This document shows, in pieces, positions 1 to 6,527 of a stretch of 32,000 bases of DNA. Below the pieces are notes generated by a model. The model saw only the letters and a list, made by a program, of their open reading frames with translations. It ran no database searches and was not told where the DNA came from. The position numbers and the translations under genes were made by a program. Each line of letters begins with the position of its first letter. The stretch's first letter is position 1. Source of the DNA: Telmatocola sphagniphila (GTDB taxonomy: Bacteria > Planctomycetota > Planctomycetia > Gemmatales > Gemmataceae); NCBI RefSeq assembly GCF_018398935.1, contig NZ_CP074694.1:5040001-5072000 (forward strand). The letters run 5' to 3'.

Positions 1-141
1 AGGTTGTCTTTTCGAAAGCACCGCTTGCCAGTACTTGATCCGTCGAGGAATGGAATCATTTCATTTGGAAAGCGAGTTTCGTATCCTTGGCTGAGTAGGC
101 TCCCCTGAGATTTCGAAACTCGACTTCCTATAATTCTCTCC

Positions 142-705
142 ATGGAAAACATCATCAAAGGAAAGGTGTTCGTCCTGGGGGACAACATCGATACCGACCA
201 GATCATCCCTGCCGAGTATCTCACTTACAATCCGGCGATTCCGGCGGAGTACAAAATGTTCGGCAAGTTCGCTCTCTGTGGCGTGCCGCCGGCGCAGGCC
301 GGACTGCCCAAGGGGCATATTCCCTTCCACGATGCCACGGATGAATTCATTTCGCCGTACAGGATCATCATCGGCGGAAAGAACTTCGGTTGCGGCTCCT
401 CGCGCGAGCATGCACCGATCGCCCTGGCCGCCGCGGGTATCCAGGCCGTCGTAGCGGAATTTTACGCTCGCATCTTCTATCGCAACTCGATCAACGGCGG
501 CTATCTGCTCCCCATCGAGTCGAAAAAGCGTCTCGTCGATGAAATCTGCACGGGCGACGAGGTCACCATTGATATCGGTGCGGGCTTACTGACGAACCAC
601 ACCACCGGCGACAAATGGGAACTGGCCCCGCTGGGCGAAGTAGTGCCGATCATTGAGTCCGGTGGCATTTTCAATTACGCCAAGAAGGTGGGCATGTTGA
701 AGTAA
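142..705 (+). CDS. leuD: 3-isopropylmalate dehydratase small subunit (LeuD-type aconitase swivel domain)
   Basis: 187-aa ORF with an ATG start. 'GKVFVLGDNIDTDQIIPAEYL' and 'GGKNFGCGSSREHAP' match conserved LeuD/HacB small-subunit segments. The overlapping minus-strand ORF 61..411 has no motifs. Confidence 0.9.
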   Translation: MENIIKGKVFVLGDNIDTDQIIPAEYLTYNPAIPAEYKMFGKFALCGVPPAQAGLPKGHIPFHDATDEFISPYRIIIGGKNFGCGSSREHAPIALAAAGIQAVVAEFYARIFYRNSINGGYLLPIESKKRLVDEICTGDEVTIDIGAGLLTNHTTGDKWELAPLGEVVPIIESGGIFNYAKKVGMLK

Positions 706-716
706 TTTCCATTCCT

Positions 717-786
717 TTAGCGACGCATCGTAGGCTTTGCGAAGATGCGTTACTTCTGAAAAACGCATCCAACGATGCGTCGCTAA
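717..786. repeat. Nested inverted-repeat element between leuD and the EEP gene (possible terminator or regulatory RNA structure)
   Basis: Outer 15-bp perfect inverted repeat: ttagcgacgcatcgt (717-731) / acgatgcgtcgctaa (772-786). It encloses an inner 8-bp inverted repeat: gatgcgtt (744-751) / aacgcatc (762-769). The heptamer ACGCATC/GATGCGT occurs four times in alternating orientation. Confidence 0.5.
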
Positions 787-820
787 AATTTCGGAATGTT
801 GACATAAGGTATTTTCGCCC

Positions 821-1651
821 ATGCTGACCTTTCTGTTCTGGAATCTAAAAGGGAACGATCTGCGTACTTGGAGCAGTCGCAAAAACACTCTGATCCAGCA
901 TTTGGATACTCTTGCTGATCATCACGGAATAGATTATCTACTCTTAGCGGAGCCGGGATTTACGATTTCGGATCTCAGTCAGTCTCTGAATCGAAATTTT
1001 GAAATTCTGCCTTCGAATAACCATCGATTTCAAATTCTTAGGAGATCGAGCTCTCCCAAAATTCAAAAACTTTTCGATAGCTTAGACAATCGTCTGAGTA
1101 TTTGGAAACTGCATTTCGGAGCAAAATCATTTTTGCTGGCACTAGTACACTTGAAAGATCAAGGGAATCACCAAATTCATTCGTTGAATCATGCTACAGG
1201 TAAAATTCGACACGAGCTTAAGCGCCAAGAAGATCTAAGCAAGCTATTTCGTACCGTTGTGGTCGGTGACTTCAATCTTAATCCCTACGATGACGGTCTG
1301 TTGGCAGCGAATTCATTTCATGGTATGATGACTGCAGAACTAGCAAGCGTTGGAACACGAGTAATCTCTGGCGAATCTCATCGACTGTTCTACAACCCTA
1401 TGTGGAGTTTTTTCGGAGACCGTAACCCAGGTCCACCAGGAACCTATTTCCATTCTACGACTGATGAAATCAACGCTTGTTGGCATATGTTCGATCAGGT
1501 TCTGGTGAGCACGGAAATGGTAGATGAACTCCAAGAAGTGAGAATTTTGGATTCTGATGGCCGCCAGACTTTGACTACCAAACGAGGAAGACCACGTTCC
1601 GATACGGTTTCCGATCACTTGCCAATTTTGTTTTGCTTGAAGTTGGATTAA
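821..1651 (+). CDS. Endonuclease/exonuclease/phosphatase (EEP) family protein
   Basis: 276-aa ORF. N-terminal 'FLFWNLKGN', central 'VVGDFNLNPYDD' and C-terminal 'SDHLPILFCL' correspond to the conserved EEP-fold catalytic motifs (WN..g, GDFN, SDH.P). No signal peptide. Visibly AT-richer than its neighbours. Confidence 0.8.
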   Translation: MLTFLFWNLKGNDLRTWSSRKNTLIQHLDTLADHHGIDYLLLAEPGFTISDLSQSLNRNFEILPSNNHRFQILRRSSSPKIQKLFDSLDNRLSIWKLHFGAKSFLLALVHLKDQGNHQIHSLNHATGKIRHELKRQEDLSKLFRTVVVGDFNLNPYDDGLLAANSFHGMMTAELASVGTRVISGESHRLFYNPMWSFFGDRNPGPPGTYFHSTTDEINACWHMFDQVLVSTEMVDELQEVRILDSDGRQTLTTKRGRPRSDTVSDHLPILFCLKLD

Positions 1652-1661
1652 GGAGAGAACG

Positions 1662-2135
1662 ATGTCCAGCCCGATACTAAATTTGCTTCCGGATTTTAAT
1701 CTGAAGGCTCGCAATCCACTGTCAATTTTGGATGAGTTCGCCCAAGCGATTGCCGAAAAAACAGAAGGTAAAATCCAGGCTAAAATTTACGTGAACGAAG
1801 AAGCCGGCCGGGTAAGCGTCGATTTTGATATAACCGCGAATCATCCTGATCATCCTCGGATTCGATTATTTAGTCTTTCCTACGACATCGATTGTTTTTA
1901 TCCCATACGATTTGATAGCACGGAATATCAAGACGAATTTGGAGTTGTTTATGTGAAAAAATGCAAATCGGAAGCATCATTCACAGAGGCCATAATCGAA
2001 ATAATTAATGATGAAGATACCCTATCAAAACTCGAATCACTCATCGCTAGCACCGATTTTTCTTCTAGCAGGCTAAGTTCCGCAGTCGTTTTTGAAACCA
2101 AAAATAAGCAAGTAACGGGAAACTCCTCAAATTGA
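1662..2135 (+). CDS. Hypothetical protein (157 aa), tightly linked to the EEP gene
   Basis: ATG start 10 nt after the EEP stop, preceded by 'aaggagag'. Same AT-rich composition as the EEP gene. No motif I recognise, and no signal peptide or TM segment. Confidence 0.6.
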   Translation: MSSPILNLLPDFNLKARNPLSILDEFAQAIAEKTEGKIQAKIYVNEEAGRVSVDFDITANHPDHPRIRLFSLSYDIDCFYPIRFDSTEYQDEFGVVYVKKCKSEASFTEAIIEIINDEDTLSKLESLIASTDFSSSRLSSAVVFETKNKQVTGNSSN

Positions 2136-2164
2136 TCGATGATCACCGGCTCAGGTATCGAGCG

Positions 2165-2181
2165 ACCGTTCAATGAACGGT
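2165..2181 (+). terminator. Small hairpin downstream of the 157-aa ORF (weak terminator candidate)
   Basis: accgttca-a-tgaacggt forms an 8-bp perfect stem 30 nt after the stop codon. There is no clear T-tract. Confidence 0.3.
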
Positions 2182-2230
2182 ATTATCGTCTGAAATTGGT
2201 CCCCAATATTTATCTGCATAAAACATCCCT

Positions 2231-3100
2231 ATGCAGCCAATCAAAACTCTCCCCCTCCTGAGCCCGCGAAATCCCGATGCCCATAAAGGGAGCTACGGCA
2301 CTGTACTGGTTATCGCTGGCAGCCGCGGCATGACCGGCGCCGCCATACTCAGTGGCACGGCCGCGTTGCGCTCCGGTGCCGGGCTCGTTCAGGTCGCTTG
2401 TCCCAAGTCTGCCCAGGCCATCATCGCGGCGGGCTATCCCTGCTACACGACCATTCCGCTCGAAGAGGATCCTGAAGGACGAATCAACGAATCCAATCCT
2501 TCGGGTCTGGTGCAGCGTATCGATCACGCCTCGGTCGTGGCCATCGGTCCGGGGTTGGGTCGCAGTAATTCTCTGGACATTCTGATACGTGGGCTGGTTT
2601 TCCATCGCTCCAAACCGATGGTCGTGGACGCCGATGCGTTGAACGCTCTGGTCGGCTGCGAACCGGCCCGACTGCGGGGCAATGTCCCGCTCGTACTAAC
2701 CCCTCACCCAGGCGAATTTTCCCGACTGTGCGGCCAATCCATCGAGACGGTGCAAAAGTTGCGAGAAGACTTGGCTGTCGATTTCGCTCAGGCGACCGGG
2801 GGCATCGTTGTATTGAAAGGGCACCGGACCATCATTACCGATGGCACCCGGCTAGCGATCAATGAAACTGGCAACCCCGGCATGGCTACCGGCGGTACCG
2901 GCGATGTCCTGACCGGGGTCATTTCGGCTTTGATTGCTCAGGGACTTTCCGCGTTCGAGGCGGCTCAACTCGGAGCCCACGTTCACGGCTTGGCCGGAGA
3001 CCTGGCCGCAAAAGAACTCGGTATGGTCTCACTGACCGCACTCGATGTAGTAGAATGGCTTCCCAAGGCGTTTTTGGGTTTAGCCAATCAACGAAAGTAG
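2231..3100 (+). CDS. nnrD: ADP-dependent NAD(P)H-hydrate dehydratase (YjeF C-terminal / carbohydrate-kinase-like domain)
   Basis: 289-aa ORF. 'HKGSYGTVLVIAGSRGMTGAAILSGTAALRSGAGLV' and 'GNPGMATGGTGDVLTGVISALIAQG' are characteristic NnrD/YjeF_C motifs. Confidence 0.85.
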   Translation: MQPIKTLPLLSPRNPDAHKGSYGTVLVIAGSRGMTGAAILSGTAALRSGAGLVQVACPKSAQAIIAAGYPCYTTIPLEEDPEGRINESNPSGLVQRIDHASVVAIGPGLGRSNSLDILIRGLVFHRSKPMVVDADALNALVGCEPARLRGNVPLVLTPHPGEFSRLCGQSIETVQKLREDLAVDFAQATGGIVVLKGHRTIITDGTRLAINETGNPGMATGGTGDVLTGVISALIAQGLSAFEAAQLGAHVHGLAGDLAAKELGMVSLTALDVVEWLPKAFLGLANQRK

Positions 3101-3109
3101 GATGCCAGC

Positions 3110-4063
3110 ATGCGATTGCTTTGCCCTTTGTGTCAAAAAGTCATTTCGATTCCTGATAACGAAGCCGGTAAGGCAGTGAATTGTCCCGAGTGTAAGAAGG
3201 TCTTTCAAGCACCTTCACTCTTCGTGCCCGAGGTGAGCGCTGAGCCCGTTCTGGCTTCCCCCCCGACCCGACCCAAATCCGGCGAGAAATTCGAATTCGA
3301 AAAAACCGATCTGGGCCTTTCCCGTGATGGCCTCGCCTCGCCTAATCGAGCCGCTAGCAGTCCTGCGGCCGATTTCGGAAGTTTCCGGGGTTTCAGTATT
3401 ACCCGGCAGGAATGTCAGTGGGTCATCCGAGTTTGTCTCACCCTGGCAGTGCTGCTGGGCTTTTTCACCTGGGTGAAATCGGCACCGGCAGGTTATACCG
3501 CTTACTCGCAAAGCGGTTGGGACGCCTTTTTCGCAGGTCTTTCCGTCGATCGGGTGGCGGAGGAAGCTCTGCACAACGAAGAAGCTCTGCGGGCCAAGTT
3601 GCATACCGCCTGGTGGCTCATGCCCTATGCTCTGGCACTGCTGCTGGCCGTGATACTCTCCTGGGCCGATCTGATTCTGAAGGAATTCAACCTGCGCGTT
3701 CCCCCCTTTGTGAAAACGCTTCTGGATCAGCGGGAACTGGTCCTGCTGCTAGCCACCTCGCTCGCGCTGGTGTTTCTCTGCCTTCAAAATGTTTTGGGGT
3801 GGGGATTGGAAAGTGCCGCGCGAACGATTGCCTGGGAAGCCAATACCACGGCTCAGGCAGCCGCGACTACACCGGAAAAAGCGACTTTGGCCAAGATCCT
3901 AATGGGCAAGGAATTGGGATCGTACAACATTCAATCTACTCTCTGGTTCGAAATCAATCTCTTCTGCATACTCCTGGCAATTGTCAGTTCCGGCTTTCTC
4001 TACTGGCTCAAATGGCATACTGATCGCCGGGGCTTTAAGCTTGGCGTCGTTCTCGACAAATAA
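3110..4063 (+). CDS. Zinc-ribbon domain membrane protein
   Basis: 317-aa ORF starting 9 nt after the nnrD stop. The N-terminus 'CPLCQKVISIPDNEAGKAVNCPECKKVFQAP' is a double-CxxC zinc ribbon, followed by several hydrophobic helices (e.g. 'VIRVCLTLAVLLGFF', 'WWLMPYALALLLAVILSW', 'LFCILLAIVSSGFLYW'). Confidence 0.7.
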   Translation: MRLLCPLCQKVISIPDNEAGKAVNCPECKKVFQAPSLFVPEVSAEPVLASPPTRPKSGEKFEFEKTDLGLSRDGLASPNRAASSPAADFGSFRGFSITRQECQWVIRVCLTLAVLLGFFTWVKSAPAGYTAYSQSGWDAFFAGLSVDRVAEEALHNEEALRAKLHTAWWLMPYALALLLAVILSWADLILKEFNLRVPPFVKTLLDQRELVLLLATSLALVFLCLQNVLGWGLESAARTIAWEANTTAQAAATTPEKATLAKILMGKELGSYNIQSTLWFEINLFCILLAIVSSGFLYWLKWHTDRRGFKLGVVLDK

Positions 4064-4066
4064 AAA

Positions 4067-4107
4067 GAGCCCTGATTCGGAGAGGCTTTCTCTCCGAATC
4101 AGGGCTC
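4067..4107. terminator. Bidirectional intrinsic terminator between convergent genes
   Basis: 17-bp perfect stem gagccctgattcggaga (4067-4083) / tctccgaatcagggctc (4091-4107) with a 7-nt loop. An A-run lies upstream (taaaaa) and T-rich sequence downstream (gagtttgtt). It sits between the + strand stop at 4063 and the - strand stop at 4134. Confidence 0.8.
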
Positions 4108-4133
4108 GAGTTTGTTAGACCTTCCTCAGATTA

Positions 4134-5474
4134 TTACGGGGCCACGCCAGAGATCGAGGAGTTCAAATCGGTCTGCTTGATGATCGTACCCGCGAAGTTC
4201 AGGCGGAAGATACCGCTGAAGTATCGGGCCAGGGCCTCTCCCGAGGTTTCCTGCATCACGATCAAGTCACCCGGTTGCACCATAATGCGTTCTCGGGGAT
4301 CTTTCATAGCCAGGTTCAAGTCGACCCGAATATTCAGCTGCTGATTGTTCGGCAGTTTGCGGATCACGCTCACAAGACTGGGAGAGGGGTTACCCAAGCC
4401 CTGGTTCACCGATTGAGCGACGAAAGCATTTTGCGTGTAACCGCCGTTCACCAAAGGTCCGCGAACCTGAGCAATGGCCTGCACGATATCCAAATCGTAA
4501 TCTCGCGGTAATTGATACTGGCCTGCCCCAATCAAACCGGCGGTGTAGAATACTTCGGCATCTCGAGCTTCCAGATAGATGGCATCACCATTTTCCAGAA
4601 TGATATCTTCCGTCTTGATCTTGGGGCTGTCGCCCGGCCGAACCTTCAGAGGAATTCGTTGAACCAGAGGACTGCCGTCTTTCAAAGTCTTGTTCTTGCG
4701 ATAGATGATGACTTCGTTCTTCACTTCAGTACCCGGCAGCCCCCCCGTTTTCGAAAGAGCCGTGAGAACGTCGTTCTGGTAGGCGGGCAGTTTCAAATCA
4801 TAGGAACTACCCCGTTTGGAGGTTCCCAGAACGGAGCCATATTGTCCAAACAGTGTTTGGGACACTGCCCCGGTGGCGCCGCCGTCTTCCCGGAAGACAG
4901 TCACCTTCACTTCGCGCGGCTGAATGAGCGTTACGAAAACTCGCTCAAATCCGGCCTTCAAAATTTCCTTATCCGTATAAAGCTTCTTGATCTTCAATTG
5001 AGCTTCCGGTACCGACAGTCCCTTCACATCGATCGGATCGACGTAGGGCAGTGTGACCGTTCCATCTTCCGATACTACGAAAGGATAGCCGATCGCCGGC
5101 GCGACACCCGGCACATCCGAAATTCGAACGGGCGGCAGCTGATTCCGCTCCCCAATCACGTTCTCGATAAAGATGCCGAGGATGTCCCCCCCGTCAATAA
5201 TGTGCTTCTCGGGCTGCTTCTGCCGCAGCAGAGTCAGATCGATGGGAATCAGGTTGGCTCGAGATTCGGTTTCCAGAATTTCGGGCGGCAGCCTTCGAAC
5301 GGGAATGCCATCGGCAACCGGATTGGTGATGGCCGCGCAACCGCTGCCCAGACTGGCCATGAAACCGGCAAAAAGAAGAATTGCCAAGCGAGCCGGCCGG
5401 CGCTTCGGTTTGATGGTGTTATCGTCGATCATCTTGAAACCATCCTTAGCAAATTCTGTAAAGCTAACGCCCAT
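4134..5474 (-). CDS. Polysaccharide export protein (Wza-like; Poly_export + SLBB domains), probable lipoprotein
   Basis: 'IIDGGDILGIFIENV...VVSEDGTVTLPYVDPIDVKGLSVPEAQLKIKKLY' matches the Poly_export signature. Later 'ENGDAIYLEA' and 'VQPGDLIVMQE' resemble SLBB domains. 'LFAGFMASLGSGCAA' looks like a lipoprotein signal. The true start may be the internal ATG at 5432 (MIDDNTIK...). Confidence 0.8.
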   Translation of the reverse strand: MGVSFTEFAKDGFKMIDDNTIKPKRRPARLAILLFAGFMASLGSGCAAITNPVADGIPVRRLPPEILETESRANLIPIDLTLLRQKQPEKHIIDGGDILGIFIENVIGERNQLPPVRISDVPGVAPAIGYPFVVSEDGTVTLPYVDPIDVKGLSVPEAQLKIKKLYTDKEILKAGFERVFVTLIQPREVKVTVFREDGGATGAVSQTLFGQYGSVLGTSKRGSSYDLKLPAYQNDVLTALSKTGGLPGTEVKNEVIIYRKNKTLKDGSPLVQRIPLKVRPGDSPKIKTEDIILENGDAIYLEARDAEVFYTAGLIGAGQYQLPRDYDLDIVQAIAQVRGPLVNGGYTQNAFVAQSVNQGLGNPSPSLVSVIRKLPNNQQLNIRVDLNLAMKDPRERIMVQPGDLIVMQETSGEALARYFSGIFRLNFAGTIIKQTDLNSSISGVAP

Positions 5475-5517
5475 CCTGGGGACTTACACATATCCATCTT
5501 GCGGTGAATCTCGGATC

Positions 5518-6111
5518 CTACTTATTTTCCGCGGCGGGTTCATCCACGGCCTTGGGGGCCGGCAGAGTTTCGATTCCGCCCAGTGCGGGTACAGACGGTG
5601 GAGTTACCGGGCTGCTGGCCCCGGCCGAGTTGTAAACTCCCTGGCTGACACTTCGACTCGAGTTGCCGGGAACATTGCCCAGAGGAATGAGGATCGGAAC
5701 CACCAGAGTATCTCGGATGCCGCTGGCAATGGCGATTCGGCTGCCCAGGCGGAACCCGGCGAAGTAATCCTCGATGGCCGAATAGCCTTCGGGCGTCATG
5801 AATTTGTTTTTACGATAGCGCTGGGGAGGCATCGCCGGAGGTTCCCCAGTGCCGCCATTGTCGAGGTAGTCGACGTAGCCGTCCAGGAAACCATCTTCAA
5901 AATATCTAGAGAAGCACTCGCCCGGATGAGCCTGGACGTATTCGCCCCATGTTATTCTGGCTTGCTTTTGAATATCGTGAGTAAGATGGTGCGAACTCCA
6001 GGTCATCTTGGGCTCGTTACCTAAATTGTAGAGTCCGCTCTGATAGAGGGAACAACCACTCGCAGCCGGCAAACCCGCCAGGAGATAGAACCATGCATTA
6101 CGTGCCTTCAT
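5518..6111 (-). CDS. Lipoprotein of unknown function (upstream of and co-directional with the Wza-like gene)
   Basis: The ORF track starts at GTG 6129, but the ATG at 6111 is preceded by 'ggggga' and yields 'MKARNAWFYLLAGLPAASGCS', a signal peptide with a lipobox. No other motif recognised. Confidence 0.65.
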   Translation of the reverse strand: MKARNAWFYLLAGLPAASGCSLYQSGLYNLGNEPKMTWSSHHLTHDIQKQARITWGEYVQAHPGECFSRYFEDGFLDGYVDYLDNGGTGEPPAMPPQRYRKNKFMTPEGYSAIEDYFAGFRLGSRIAIASGIRDTLVVPILIPLGNVPGNSSRSVSQGVYNSAGASSPVTPPSVPALGGIETLPAPKAVDEPAAENK

Positions 6112-6527
6112 GGACACATCCCCACCCAAAGACTCGACACCTCGTCCTAGCAGCTAGATCGTCCAATTGACATGATCGAATTTAACGGAAAACGCGGAAC
6201 ATCCGGCGATTAATCGGAATAATCGCGCCTTTTTGTTAAAGAAGGCGCGATAAAGCCGTGGAATTAGGATTGAAAACTTAGGAGTCTGGGTAGAATACAG
6301 CGAAGTTGGCAAGAAGGGAAAGATTTTATTTGTCTGCCCTCAAATTGCCCTGTATAACTAGTTTGTTTTGAGGTGAGGCCCTAAAAAAGCAATCTCAATT
6401 AGGCTGTTGGTTAGGATTAAAAGTGGTGATTTCCGAGGATTTGTGATCGAAAGAAATCATCTACCATAAACCTGGGTTAGTACTTCAAACCTCCTGAGTC
6501 CCTTTTTCATTATTCGGGTTGAATCAC

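Noticed and set aside
10-118. Two copies of the palindrome TTTCGAAA (10-17 and 111-118) upstream of leuD as an operator pair
   Set aside because: TTCGAA-containing strings recur throughout the window (e.g. about 3290-3300), so this short AT-rich palindrome is likely compositional. The flanks of the two copies are not similar.
129-134. TATAAT hexamer upstream of leuD as a -10 promoter element
   Set aside because: It ends only 7 nt before the ATG, and there is no acceptable -35 at 16-18 nt spacing. Planctomycete promoter consensus is not well enough known to me to support the call.
61-411. 116-aa minus-strand ORF overlapping the 5' half of leuD; similarly 2210-2605 (-) over nnrD and 9884-10339 (+) out of frame with the Wzy_C gene
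   Set aside because: Each overlaps a confidently assigned gene in another frame or strand. Each has an Arg/Gly-rich composition and no motifs.
4275-6024. Plus-strand ORFs (78, 331 and 283 aa) overlapping the Wza-like and lipoprotein genes
   Set aside because: They are antisense to frames with Poly_export/SLBB motifs and lipoprotein signals, and have no motifs of their own.
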